From Pseudonocardia sp. DSM 110487 (GTDB lineage: Bacteria; Actinomycetota; Actinomycetes; Mycobacteriales; Pseudonocardiaceae): a DNA stretch of 64,000 nucleotides. The first letter of the stretch is position 1; every line of letters begins with the position of its first letter. The position numbers and the translations under genes were made by a program. Positions 1-10,362 of this stretch are shown here, one piece after another. The notes below the pieces were generated by a model. The model was given only the letters and a program-made list of their open reading frames with translations, did not search any database and had not been told where the DNA came from. The DNA is taken from positions 9,651,214 through 9,715,213 of the forward strand of contig NZ_CP080521.1 of the NCBI RefSeq assembly GCF_019468565.1, in the 5' to 3' direction.

Positions 1-225
1 GTGCGCTACGCGCGGCTGGCCCGCTCCGCCGTCACCGCCCGCGCCGTCGACTCCGACCTGCTCGCCCTGCGCGCCATCACCCGCCGTCCGGTCCGCGCTC
101 TCCTGCGGATCGCACCCGACCCGGCGGCGTCATGGCGGCGCGACGAGCGGGCGGTGGTGCACCAGCTCGCAGCTCTGGAGCTGCGCAGCCTCGGCCTCCG
201 AGCTCCCCGCACGCCGCCCGACTAG
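1..225 (+). CDS. 3' end of an unidentified CDS (partial, runs off the window start)
   Basis: Open frame from the window edge to TAG at 223-225 with very high third-position GC, typical of coding sequence in this genome. No recognisable domain in the 74 aa. Convergent with the downstream minus-strand gene. Confidence 0.3.
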   Translation: MRYARLARSAVTARAVDSDLLALRAITRRPVRALLRIAPDPAASWRRDERAVVHQLAALELRSLGLRAPRTPPD

Positions 226-686
226 GGCGCCGCCGGTAGCCGGGTCAGCACGACCACGGGGATCTCGCGCGGCGTCAGCGCCTCGTAGCGGTGGTAGATC
301 GGTGCGAGCGTGGTCATCGCTCTCCAGAGCCGCTGACGTTCCGCGCCGGTCACCGTGTCGGCCCGAGCGAGGAACTTCTCCGCCCGCACCTGCACGTGCA
401 CCTCGGGGTGGGCCTCCACGTTGAGGTACCACTGCGGGTGGCGGGCGCTCACGGCAGATCCGGACGCCACCAGGACGTAGCGGTCTGCGTCCCTCCCGAA
501 GAACAACGCGGTTCGCCGTGTCGCGCCCGAGCGGCGGCCGATCGTGGTCAGGACGAGGTTGGGGACGCCGCCTTCGAGGTAGCCGTCGCGTCCCTCCGTG
601 GCGAGATACCGCTCGACGTGTTCTGCGACCGAGCGGTCGGGGCTGTCGGTCACCCGGCCGTGGTCGTCCCATGGGTACGTCGTCAT
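222..686 (-). CDS. deazaflavin (F420)-dependent nitroreductase family protein (DUF385-like)
   Basis: 154-aa ORF starting MTTYPWDDHG. Size and sequence are typical of the actinobacterial F420H2-dependent reductase / PPOX-like family. ATG at 686 lies 4 nt after the stop of the upstream SDR gene. Confidence 0.75.
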   Translation of the reverse strand: MTTYPWDDHGRVTDSPDRSVAEHVERYLATEGRDGYLEGGVPNLVLTTIGRRSGATRRTALFFGRDADRYVLVASGSAVSARHPQWYLNVEAHPEVHVQVRAEKFLARADTVTGAERQRLWRAMTTLAPIYHRYEALTPREIPVVVLTRLPAAP

Positions 687-690
687 CTCG

Positions 691-1461
691 TCAGCCCTGC
701 TCAGGTGCGGTGATGCCCTGGCCCCAGCCGCCGTCGACGGGGAGCTCGGCCGCGGTCGTGAACGTCGCGTCGAAGGCGAGGAACAGCGCCGCCCGCGCGA
801 CCTCCTCGATGGTGCCCGTGCGCTGCAGCGGCGTCAGCACGCTGCCCTGCTCCTCGAACGCGACCCGCTCTGCGTCGGTCATGCCGGCGACGCCCATGGT
901 CGGGGTCTTGATGAAGCCGGGTGCCACGGAGTTCACGCGGATCCGCCGCGGCAGGAACTCGGCCGCGAACACCTTCGCGAAGGCCCGCACGGCGTCCTTC
1001 GACCCCGAGTAGACGCTCATCCCCGGGAAGACCTTGCCGTTCGCGACGGTCGTGAAGACGAACGCCCCGCCGTCGCGCACCAGCGGTGCGAGGCGCTGCA
1101 CCGTGAAGAACACGCCCCTCGTGTTCACCGCGAACTGCCGGTCGAACGCCGCGGGGGTCACGTCCTCGAGCGGCTCGTCGACCTCCGCGAGCCCGTGATT
1201 GACGAACACCGCGTCGACCTGGCCCAGCGTCTCGCCGACCAGCAGGCCGAGTGCGTCGATGGCTGCCGGGTCCGCCGCATCGGCGCGGACGACGTGCGCC
1301 GCCCGCCCCGCGAGCGCGATCCTCGCCTCCTCGAGGGTCTTCTCGCTGCGGCCGGTCAGCACGACCTCCGCGCCGCCGTCGAGGAGCGCCGTGACGATCC
1401 CCAGTCCCATGCCGTGCGTCCCGCCCGTGACGACGGCCTTCTTGCCCGTGTATCCGTTCAT
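691..1461 (-). CDS. SDR family oxidoreductase
   Basis: Rossmann motif TGGTHGMGLG near the N-terminus and catalytic YSGSK. The ORF-track entry 691..2049 has a junk Arg/Pro-rich N-terminal extension; the real start is the internal ATG (MNGYTGKK) at 1461. Confidence 0.85.
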   Translation of the reverse strand: MNGYTGKKAVVTGGTHGMGLGIVTALLDGGAEVVLTGRSEKTLEEARIALAGRAAHVVRADAADPAAIDALGLLVGETLGQVDAVFVNHGLAEVDEPLEDVTPAAFDRQFAVNTRGVFFTVQRLAPLVRDGGAFVFTTVANGKVFPGMSVYSGSKDAVRAFAKVFAAEFLPRRIRVNSVAPGFIKTPTMGVAGMTDAERVAFEEQGSVLTPLQRTGTIEEVARAALFLAFDATFTTAAELPVDGGWGQGITAPEQG

Positions 1462-1526
1462 GCCCACGACGGTGCGCGCACAGCGTTCGGATCCGGTCCA
1501 GATCGGGTACGGATCCGGTCGATACC

Positions 1527-4500
1527 GTGGATGTCGTGCGTTTCGGTGTGCTCGGTCCCCTCGCGGTGTGGACGGTGGGCGGGGATCCGGTGCGCATCGT
1601 CGAGACCAAGGTGCGTGCGCTGCTCGCCCACCTGCTGCTCGACCCCGGGCGGCCCGTTTCGGCCGACGCGTTGATCGAGCACCTCTGGGGCGGGTCCCCA
1701 CCCGCCGATCCGGCGGCCGCGCTGCGCACGCGGGTCTCCCAGCTGCGCCGGGCACTCGGCAAGGAACTGGTCGGGTACAGCCCCGCCGGCTACCTGCTGC
1801 GCGTCGATGGGGATGCCGTCGACGCAGGGAGGTTCGAGGCGCTGGTCGGCAAGGCGCGCGCCGCCGACGACCCCGGGGCGCGCGCCGACCTGCTGACCGA
1901 GGCCCTCGCGCTCTGGCGCGGACCGGCCTTCGCCGACGTCGCTGACGAGCCGTTCGCGCGCGCCGCCGTCGTCCGGTTGGAGGAGCAGCGGCTCGCGGCC
2001 GTCGAGGAGCAGGCCGAGGCGCGGCTCGAACTCGGGGAGCACGACGCACTGGCCGCCGAGCTCGCCGGCGTGGTGGCCCGCCACCCGCTGCGGGAACGGC
2101 TGCGCGCCGTGCACCTGCTGGCGCTGTACCGGGCGGGCCGGCAGGGGGATGCCCTCACCGACTACGACGAGCTGCGCACGCGGCTCGCCGACGAGCTAGG
2201 CGCGAGCCCCGGCCCCGAGCTCGCCGCCCTGCACCAGGCGATCCTGCGACAGGACCCGGTGCTGGAGGCCGCCGCACCCGTCGCCCCCTCGCGCGTACCC
2301 GTCCCGTTCACCCAGCTGATCGGCAGGGAGGACGCGGTCGGCGAGGTCCGTGCGCTGCTCGCCGGCGGCAGGCTCGTCACGCTGGTCGGGCCGGGCGGGG
2401 TCGGCAAGACCCGCCTCGCCCTCGAGGCCGCGCACCCGCCCGATGTGGTCCACGTCGTCGAGCTGGCTGCGCTGCCGCCCGGCGAGGATGCGGCGTGCAC
2501 GCTCGCGGAGGTCGTCGCGACAGCGCTGGGCATACGGGACGACGGCGCCGGCGCGGGCTCGCCGGTCACCCGGCTCGCCGACGCGCTGAGCCATCGGCGG
2601 ATGCTGCTGGTGCTGGACAACTGCGAGCACGTCGCCGCGCCGCTCGCCGGGCTGGTCGACGAGCTGCTGCGCGCCGCACCCGGCCTGCGGGTGCTCGCCA
2701 CGAGCCGGGAGCCGCTCGGGCTGGCAGGCGAGCGGCTGTACCTGGTCCCGCCCCTCGACGTGCCCGAGGACGGGGGCGACGAGCGTCCGGAGTCGCTGCT
2801 CGCGTTCAGCGCAGTCCGCCTGTTCGTCGCACGGGCCGCGGCGGCCGCGCCCGGGTTCGTGCTCGACGAGCACACCGCCGGAGCGGTCACCGCGATCTGC
2901 CGACGCCTCGACGGACTCCCGCTGGCCCTCGAGCTCGCCGCCACCCGCGTCCGCGGGCTCGGTGTGCACGAACTGGCCCGGCGTCTCGATCAGCGTTTCC
3001 AGCTGCTCGCCGCCGGCAGGCGCGGCGGTCCGAGCCGCCAGCAGTCCCTCCGCGCCGTGATCGACTGGAGTTGGGAGCTGCTCACCACCGACGAGCGCGT
3101 GGTGCTGCGCAGGCTCGCCGTCCACGTCGACGGGTGCACGCTCGCGGCGGCCGAAGCGGTGAGCGCCGACGAGGTCGTGCCCGCAGGCTCCGTGGTGGGC
3201 GTACTGGTGCGCCTCGTCGACCGGTCGCTCGTCTCGGTCGTCGAAGGACCCGACGGCCCTCGTTACCGGCTGCTGGAATCGGTCGGCGCCTACTGCGTCG
3301 AGCGGCTGCGGGAGGCCGGGGAAGCCGAGCACGTGCGCGAGCGGCACCGGCGCCACTACACAGCGCTCGCCGAACGCATCGCCCCGCAGCTGCGCGGCGC
3401 GGGCCAAGGGCAGGGGTTGCGGCAGCTGGACGCCGAAACCGCGAACCTGCGGGCTGCCCTCGACGACGCGGTGCGGGCCGGCGCAGCTGAGGCGGCACAC
3501 CGGCTGGTGAACGCGCTGGTCTGGTACTGGGTGCTGCGGGGCAGGCTCGGCGAGGCCCGCCGCTCCCTCACCGCCGCACTCGACACCGCAGGCGCGGCTC
3601 CCGCCCGGGCCGCCACGGCGACCTGGCGCGCTGCGGTCGCCATGCGGCTCGGTGACGAGAACGGGCGCGCCGAGGCACCCGCGTCCGAGCCCGGGAACAG
3701 CCCGGACGAGCGATCCGCGCTCGCCGGTGCGCTCTGGTACGTCGGACACGCCAGCATCGGCTTCGGCCCGGAGGAAGCCAGCCTCGGACCGGTCGACAGG
3801 GCGTTGGCGCTGTTCCGGGAGTCGGGCGACCGCTGGGGGATTGCAGCCGCGCTCTGCAGCCGCGCCCGCCAGGCGCTCGGCCGCGGCGACCTCGCCGCGC
3901 TGCGCGCCGACGGCGAACACAGCCGCACGTTGTTCCGGGAGCTCGGCGACGGCTGGGGAGAGATGCAGGCCGGCTTCGTCCTCGGCGTGCTCGCGCAGAT
4001 CACGGGCGACTACGCACGGGCGGCTCGCCTGCACCGCGGCGCCGTCCGCACTGCCGAGGAGCTCGGGATGTGGACCGACGTCTCCGACAACCTCTGCCAG
4101 CTCGGCCGCCTCGCGCTGCTCACCGGCGACCTCGCAGGCGCCGAGCGGCTCCACGACCAGGCCCGCAGGCTCGCCGCCGAGCAGGGCTACACGGTCGGCG
4201 AGGAGTTCGCCGAGATCGGCATCGCGCTCGGCGCCCGCAGGCGAGGCGACCTCGACCGCGCCGAACCACTGCTCCGCAAATGGCTGCAGTGGGACACGGC
4301 GATGCAGTCCGATCCCGGCGCCGCGCTCATACTGGCCGAGCTCGGCTTCATCGCCGAACTGCGGGGGGATGCCGAGTCGGCATCAGCGATCCACACCGAA
4401 GGTCTCATCGCCGCGCGCAAGAGCGGCGATCCCCGCGCGGTCGCCCTCGCGCTCGAAGGGCTGGCCGGCGCTCACGCGATCGGCGGAGACCGCGAACGAG

Positions 4501-4616
4501 CCGCTCGGTTGCTGGCCGAAGCCGCCGCCACCCGGGCCGCCGCGGGTGCGCCCCTGCCGCCCGCGGAGCGCGGCGACGTCGACCGCATCATCACCGCGGT
4601 GTCCGCCGCGCCGTGA
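1527..4616 (+). CDS. AfsR/SARP-family transcriptional regulator (OmpR-type winged helix + BTAD + NB-ARC ATPase + TPR)
   Basis: N-terminal FGVLGPL...VRALLAHLLL winged-helix/BTAD region, Walker [25 protein letters not shown] and a long C-terminal TPR-like Ala/Leu-rich region. GTG start at 1527. Confidence 0.85.
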   Translation: MDVVRFGVLGPLAVWTVGGDPVRIVETKVRALLAHLLLDPGRPVSADALIEHLWGGSPPADPAAALRTRVSQLRRALGKELVGYSPAGYLLRVDGDAVDAGRFEALVGKARAADDPGARADLLTEALALWRGPAFADVADEPFARAAVVRLEEQRLAAVEEQAEARLELGEHDALAAELAGVVARHPLRERLRAVHLLALYRAGRQGDALTDYDELRTRLADELGASPGPELAALHQAILRQDPVLEAAAPVAPSRVPVPFTQLIGREDAVGEVRALLAGGRLVTLVGPGGVGKTRLALEAAHPPDVVHVVELAALPPGEDAACTLAEVVATALGIRDDGAGAGSPVTRLADALSHRRMLLVLDNCEHVAAPLAGLVDELLRAAPGLRVLATSREPLGLAGERLYLVPPLDVPEDGGDERPESLLAFSAVRLFVARAAAAAPGFVLDEHTAGAVTAICRRLDGLPLALELAATRVRGLGVHELARRLDQRFQLLAAGRRGGPSRQQSLRAVIDWSWELLTTDERVVLRRLAVHVDGCTLAAAEAVSADEVVPAGSVVGVLVRLVDRSLVSVVEGPDGPRYRLLESVGAYCVERLREAGEAEHVRERHRRHYTALAERIAPQLRGAGQGQGLRQLDAETANLRAALDDAVRAGAAEAAHRLVNALVWYWVLRGRLGEARRSLTAALDTAGAAPARAATATWRAAVAMRLGDENGRAEAPASEPGNSPDERSALAGALWYVGHASIGFGPEEASLGPVDRALALFRESGDRWGIAAALCSRARQALGRGDLAALRADGEHSRTLFRELGDGWGEMQAGFVLGVLAQITGDYARAARLHRGAVRTAEELGMWTDVSDNLCQLGRLALLTGDLAGAERLHDQARRLAAEQGYTVGEEFAEIGIALGARRRGDLDRAEPLLRKWLQWDTAMQSDPGAALILAELGFIAELRGDAESASAIHTEGLIAARKSGDPRAVALALEGLAGAHAIGGDRERAARLLAEAAATRAAAGAPLPPAERGDVDRIITAVSAAP

Positions 4617-4648
4617 TGGGCGCGACCCACGCCCGTACGAGGCGTGAG

Positions 4649-5569
4649 TCAGCCCGATACCGTGATCGTCTTGTCGTCGAAGAGGACGGGACGCCCCTCG
4701 CCGTCGGACGGGTCGTCCTCGCGGATGCGGACCGTGTACTCGCCCGGCTCGAGGGTCACGGTGAAGGCGAACGGCGCGAAGCGCTGCCCCTCCGCGGTGC
4801 TCGTGAACCCCTGCTGGACAAGGGTGCCGCCCCGCAGCACCTCCCAGAGCACGGTGGCCTCGAACACCGCCGCCTCACCGCGCACCGCGACCTGACGGCC
4901 GACCCGCGCACCGTCGGCCGGCGAGTCGATCTGCACGAGCGAGCGCAGCGCGTAGGGGTCGCCACGCTCGACGGGCTCGGAGGTGCCGACGGCGCCCCAC
5001 AGTTCGGGCACCGTCGCCCCGTCGACGAGGATCCGGACGGGGTCGGTCGCCTGCAGCGCTCCCTGCACCGTGAACACCAGTTGCTGCACGGTGAGCTCGG
5101 CGAGCTCGGAGCCCATCCGCGCGGGTTGGACACCCGTGAGGTCGACGACGATCGCACCGCCATCCCGCCGGACCGGTCCCCGCAGCGCGGAGCCGGGCGG
5201 CCAGTACGTGCGGTAGTCGGGGTCGATGCCGGTCGGGCCCGCGAGCATCTCGCGCACGGCGGCGCTCGCCCGGTCGTCCGTGACGACGGAGTGGAACTCC
5301 CGTTGCAGCCGGAGGCCCGCCGGGGTCTCGGCGATGTAGTACACGGGCACCGCGACGCGATCCCGGGGATCCGGCTCGGGCGTCGACGTGCCGGGAGCCG
5401 GGCTCGCGGACACGCCGGCCGATGGCACAACCGGTCCTGGTGCGGACGGTCCTGGCGCGGGCCCGCCGCAACCCGTCAGAACCACGAGAAGGACGAGCGC
5501 CCATCCGAGCCGCCGTGCCACCCCACCACCTCCGGACGCAGGTTCCCGCGAGCCCCGCACCCCACGCAT
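4649..5569 (-). CDS. GerMN-domain lipoprotein (LpqB-like spore-germination-domain protein)
   Basis: Signal peptide with lipobox LVVLTGCGG followed by a Pro/Ser-rich linker and a GerMN-like body (VPVYYIAET...). The ORF-track N-terminal extension is a GC artefact; I chose the ATG at 5569 (MRGVRGS...). A GTG start slightly downstream is possible. Confidence 0.65.
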   Translation of the reverse strand: MRGVRGSREPASGGGGVARRLGWALVLLVVLTGCGGPAPGPSAPGPVVPSAGVSASPAPGTSTPEPDPRDRVAVPVYYIAETPAGLRLQREFHSVVTDDRASAAVREMLAGPTGIDPDYRTYWPPGSALRGPVRRDGGAIVVDLTGVQPARMGSELAELTVQQLVFTVQGALQATDPVRILVDGATVPELWGAVGTSEPVERGDPYALRSLVQIDSPADGARVGRQVAVRGEAAVFEATVLWEVLRGGTLVQQGFTSTAEGQRFAPFAFTVTLEPGEYTVRIREDDPSDGEGRPVLFDDKTITVSG

Positions 5570-5600
5570 CCGGCACGCCGAACCCACTCGAGTACCCCGG

Positions 5601-5623
5601 GTTCCGACGAACGCGCCGTTCGT
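5601..5623 (-). terminator. stem-loop downstream of thiG (putative intrinsic terminator, no U-tract)
   Basis: Perfect inverted repeat CCGACGAACG-cgcc-GTTCGTCGG, 20 nt past the thiG stop. Confidence 0.35.
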
Positions 5624-5642
5624 CGGAACAGGGAGAGCAGAT

Positions 5643-6607
<965 letters not shown>

Positions 6608-6610
6608 GTG

Positions 6611-7747
6611 CTACCTCCTCGCGAGCGAAAATCTGGCGGGGTCCGCGGCGCGCACCGGGTCGGGGACGGGGTCACCGCGCAGCAGCGCCAGGACGGCGTC
6701 GGCGGTGACGGGCGCGAGCAGCATCCCGTTGCGATGGTGACCGGTGGCCACGAGCAGGCCCTCCGGGCCGATCGCACCGATCAGCGGCAGGTTGTCCGGG
6801 CTGCCGGGCCGCAGCCCCGCCGCGCTCTCCACCAGCGCGTACTCGGCGACACCCGGCAGGACCCGCTCGGCGTCCCGCAGCAGGTCGCGCACCCCACCGA
6901 CCGTGACCTCGGTGTCGAACCCCAGCTCCGCCTGGGTGGCCCCGATGACGAGCCCGCCGTCGTCGCGGGGCACGACGTAGACGGGGCGGCCGTCCACGAG
7001 CGCGCGCACCGTGCGCCGCGGTGGCGGGAACGCGCCTGCGCGGTGCGCGATCCGCAGGATCTCGCCCTTGACCGGGCGCACCATGCCGTCGAGCGCGGGG
7101 TGCAGCGAACCCGAGTGCGCTCCGGCGGCCACGAGCACGAGGTCCGCCTCGACGTCACCGCCGTCGGTGCGGACCCCGGTGACCCGTGCGCCGTCGTCGA
7201 GGACGGCTCGGGCCGCGCGTTCCACGACCGTGACGCCGGCCCGCTCGACAGCGGCGCGCAAGGCTGCGAGCAGCTCGCGGTTGTCGACGGCGAGGTCGTC
7301 GGGCACCGAAAGGCCGCCGCGGACGTCCGGGCCGAGCGCGGGCTCCATGCGCCGCAGCTCCCGGCCCGACAGCCGCTGGACGTCCCGGCCGATGCGGCCG
7401 AGGAAGTCCGCGAGGGTCTCCAGCTCGGCGCGGTCGCCCGAGCCGGTTGCCGCGACCACGGTGCCGTCGGTGCGCAACCCGGCAGACCTGCCGGCGGCCT
7501 CTTCCAGCTCGGCCGCGAATGCGGGCCAGCCGCGGACCGCGGCCTCGCCGAGCTCGAGCAACGCCTCCTCGCCCGGCCACGCCTCCGTGACGGGCGCGAG
7601 CATGCCGCCCGCCACCCACGACGCCCCCGACGCGGGCGCCGGGTCGAGCACCGTGACGCGCAGGCCGGCCGCGGCCGCGGCCGCGCGCCACGCACAGGAC
7701 AGGCCGATCACGCCTGCACCGATCACCGTCAACGAGTTCGACATCAT
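6611..7747 (-). CDS. thiO: glycine oxidase ThiO (FAD-dependent)
   Basis: FAD dinucleotide-binding motif TVIGAGVIGLSCA directly after the start; DAO-family body. The ORF track extends to 7849, but that extension overlaps the TPP riboswitch. The ATG at 7747 is immediately preceded by GGGAGCGGAG (SD). Confidence 0.85.
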   Translation of the reverse strand: MMSNSLTVIGAGVIGLSCAWRAAAAAAGLRVTVLDPAPASGASWVAGGMLAPVTEAWPGEEALLELGEAAVRGWPAFAAELEEAAGRSAGLRTDGTVVAATGSGDRAELETLADFLGRIGRDVQRLSGRELRRMEPALGPDVRGGLSVPDDLAVDNRELLAALRAAVERAGVTVVERAARAVLDDGARVTGVRTDGGDVEADLVLVAAGAHSGSLHPALDGMVRPVKGEILRIAHRAGAFPPPRRTVRALVDGRPVYVVPRDDGGLVIGATQAELGFDTEVTVGGVRDLLRDAERVLPGVAEYALVESAAGLRPGSPDNLPLIGAIGPEGLLVATGHHRNGMLLAPVTADAVLALLRGDPVPDPVRAADPARFSLARR

Positions 7748-7749
7748 CT

Positions 7750-7850
7750 CCGCTCCCTGCGCCGGCATGACCCGGATCAGGTTCGACGGTCGGGATCTGT
7801 CGGATCCCCTCTCAGCCCGCAGTACGGGCTCCCGTGCGTCACCTGCCATT
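7750..7850 (-). promoter_or_regulatory. TPP (THI-box) riboswitch in the thiO-thiS-thiG leader
   Basis: The minus-strand sequence contains the conserved elements GCUGAGAGG and AACCUGAUCCGGGUCAUGCCGGCGCAGGGAG. The latter matches the THI-box consensus ACCUGAUCUGGAUAAUGCCAGCGUAGGGA. The 3' end abuts the thiO SD/ATG. Confidence 0.8.
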
Positions 7851-7893
7851 CACCCTACGCCCCGAGGTGCGCGTCCGCGTAACGTCGCACGAC

Positions 7894-8562
7894 GTGCCTG
7901 GCATCGACGGCGCCACCGTGCGCAAGCGACTGGACGACGCCCGCCTCTACCTCTGCACCGGGGCTCGCCGCCGCACCGGCGACCTCGCCGAGTTCGCCGA
8001 CGCGGCCCTTGCGGGCGGCGTCGACATCGTCCAGCTGCGGGACAAGGGCCCCGACGGTCCCCTCGAAGCCCGCGACGAGCTCGCCGCGCTGGAGATCCTC
8101 GCCGAGGTGTGCGCCCGCCACGGCGCCCTGCTCGCCGTGAACGACCGCGCCGACATCGCCCTCGCGGCAGGCGCCGACGTCCTGCACCTCGGCCAGGACG
8201 ACCTGCCCGTCCGATGGGCCCGGGAGGTGGTGGGCGACGAGGTCGTGATCGGGCGCTCGTCGCACAGCCCGGACGAGACCGCGACCGCGGCCGACGAACC
8301 CGGCGTGGACTACTTCTGCGTCGGCCCCTGCTGGCCGACCCCCACGAAGCCCGGCCGCCCGGCCCCCGGCCTCGACCTCGTGCGCACGGTGGCCGGCCGC
8401 GCGCCATCGCGGCCGTGGTTCGCGATCGGCGGCATCGACCACGACCGGCTCGACGAGGTGCTCGCGGCGGGCGCAGAGCGCATCGTGGTGGTGCGCGCGA
8501 TCACCGAAGCTGGGGACCCGCGCGCGGCGGCAGCGGCGTTCGCGGCGAAGCTGCGCCCCTGA
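7894..8562 (+). CDS. thiE: thiamine-phosphate synthase ThiE
   Basis: ARLYLCTG...[12 protein letters not shown]...[11 protein letters not shown]...[15 protein letters not shown]...WFAIGGI matches mycobacterial ThiE. Divergent from thiO as in M. tuberculosis. The start is uncertain: GTG at 7867, 7894 or 7918 are all in frame. Confidence 0.85.
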   Translation: MPGIDGATVRKRLDDARLYLCTGARRRTGDLAEFADAALAGGVDIVQLRDKGPDGPLEARDELAALEILAEVCARHGALLAVNDRADIALAAGADVLHLGQDDLPVRWAREVVGDEVVIGRSSHSPDETATAADEPGVDYFCVGPCWPTPTKPGRPAPGLDLVRTVAGRAPSRPWFAIGGIDHDRLDEVLAAGAERIVVVRAITEAGDPRAAAAAFAAKLRP

Positions 8563-8571
8563 GCAGCGGGC

Positions 8572-8895
8572 TCAGCGCGACCGGAGCGCGCGACGGGCTG
8601 CCCACCGCGCCCGGTACCAACGGATCATCCAGAGCCAGCCCAGGTGGTCGCCACGCGGGCGACGGCGGCTGGTCACCACCGGCCTCCGCGTGCTGCGATG
8701 GCTCGTCGTTGCGCTCGCGCGGTCGATGGGCGGACTGTGCAGGAACGAGTCGTCCCGCAGGTCGCCGACGAGCACCCAGGCGGAGCCGGCGCGCGTGCCC
8801 GACCGCTGCCAGACGCGTTGTCCTGGCGCTGTCCCGATCACGGCGGCGGAGTTCACGAGTACAAGGGTGTCCCTCGGCGGCGCCGGAGTCGTCAT
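8572..8895 (-). CDS. hypothetical protein (doubtful)
   Basis: 107-aa ORF (MTTPAPPRDTLVLVNSAAVIG...). The first half has acceptable codon bias. The second half is Arg-rich and looks non-coding. No recognisable domain. Confidence 0.2.
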   Translation of the reverse strand: MTTPAPPRDTLVLVNSAAVIGTAPGQRVWQRSGTRAGSAWVLVGDLRDDSFLHSPPIDRASATTSHRSTRRPVVTSRRRPRGDHLGWLWMIRWYRARWAARRALRSR

Positions 8896-9011
8896 GGCTC
8901 GCGGGCATCTTCATTACCGGCTGGCTGCAGTGCGGCGGGCAGCCCTGGCAGGGATCCGTGGTTCGCAAGCTGTAAGGATCACGCGACCGTTCCCGAAGAT
9001 AGCGTCCTCCC

Positions 9012-10334
9012 GTGCCGGCCACCGTTGCGAGGAGAGCCCGGATCTCCGGGACCGCGGCCGATCTCGTCGCCGTGGCCGGGACGGCGCTGATCGTGGTGGT
9101 CGCGGCCGTGGTCGGGCGGGTGCTGCTCGCGAGCGGGACCGACATCCTCCTGCCCTTTCCACCCCTGCTCGCCGAATGGTTGCCCCACGTCGGGCCCGGG
9201 ACGCCGATGGCGGTCGTCGTGGCGGTGCTGGTCGTGACACGGGGACCGGACCTCGCGGACCGGCTGGCCTGGCGCCCGCTGCTGGCTGCGGGGTACGCGA
9301 CCGCGGCGGCGTGGACGACGGCGCTCGCGCTGGTGGACGGGTGGCGGCGCGGCGTGGTCGAGCGCCTCACGAGCAGCCAGGAGTACCTGCACGACGTGCC
9401 GCGCGTGCCGGATGCCGGCGAGATGCTGCGCACGTTCGCCGATCACATCCTCACCGACCGGCCCGGCTTCTGGACCACGCACGTGGGTGCCCACCCGCCC
9501 GGCGCGCTGCTGACCTTCGTGTGGCTCGACCGGCTGGGCCTCGGTGGGGGCGGCCCGGCCGGGCTGTTCGTGATGCTCGTCGGCGCCGCCGCACCGGTCG
9601 CGGTGGCCGTGGCGGTGCGGGCGCTCGGGGCCGAGGATCTGGCCCGCAGGGCGCTGCCGTTCGGCGTGTTGCTGCCGGGTGCGGTGTGGGCGGGGGTCTC
9701 GGCGGACGGGATGTTCGCGGGCGTGCTCGCGTGGGGCGTCGCGCTGCTCGCGATCGGGGCCGTGGGGCGTGGGCCCCGGGCCGACCTCGCCGCGCTGGCC
9801 GCCGGGGTGCTGCTCGGCTGGTGCCTGTACCTGTCGTACGGGCTGGTGCTCGGGGGGCTGCTCGCGCTCGCGGTGCTCGCCGTCACCCGCAACGTGCGGG
9901 CCGGCCTGATCGCCGCGGTCGGGACCCTTGCGGTGGTCGGCGCGTTCACCGTGAGCGGGTTCTGGTGGTTCACCGGCTTCGAACGCGTCCAGGTGATCTA
10001 CGCGGCCAGCATCGCGTCGACGCGGCCGTACGCCTACTTCGTGTGGGCGAACCTCGCCGCGGTGCTGTTCGTTCTCGGTCCCGCGGTGGTGGCCGCTGCA
10101 CGGCGCGCGGTCGCCCTGCCGACCGGCGTCGCGCTGCTGGCCGGGGCAGGGCTCGCCGCGATCCTGCTGGCCGACGTGTCCGGGATGAGCAAGGGGGAGG
10201 TCGAACGGATCTGGCTGCCGTTCGCCGTCTGGCTCACGATCCCGTGCGCGCTGCTGCCCCGTGCCCGGTTCTGGCTCGCCGCGCAGGCCGGGCTGGCGCT
10301 GGCGGTCAACCACCTGCTGCTGACGGTCTGGTAG
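9012..10334 (+). CDS. polytopic integral membrane protein (unknown family)
   Basis: 440 aa with about 10 predicted hydrophobic helices and good GC3 throughout. GTG start with no clear SD. No family assignable by eye. Confidence 0.6.
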   Translation: MPATVARRARISGTAADLVAVAGTALIVVVAAVVGRVLLASGTDILLPFPPLLAEWLPHVGPGTPMAVVVAVLVVTRGPDLADRLAWRPLLAAGYATAAAWTTALALVDGWRRGVVERLTSSQEYLHDVPRVPDAGEMLRTFADHILTDRPGFWTTHVGAHPPGALLTFVWLDRLGLGGGGPAGLFVMLVGAAAPVAVAVAVRALGAEDLARRALPFGVLLPGAVWAGVSADGMFAGVLAWGVALLAIGAVGRGPRADLAALAAGVLLGWCLYLSYGLVLGGLLALAVLAVTRNVRAGLIAAVGTLAVVGAFTVSGFWWFTGFERVQVIYAASIASTRPYAYFVWANLAAVLFVLGPAVVAAARRAVALPTGVALLAGAGLAAILLADVSGMSKGEVERIWLPFAVWLTIPCALLPRARFWLAAQAGLALAVNHLLLTVW

Positions 10335-10362
10335 CGACGAGCCGGGGCATGGCCGGCGACGC

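Noticed and set aside
2196-4154. 652-aa minus-strand ORF antisense to the first SARP regulator
   Set aside because: Arg/Gly/Ala/Pro-rich translation with no domain. Typical mirror-frame ORF of a high-GC gene; the sense-strand gene has clear motifs.
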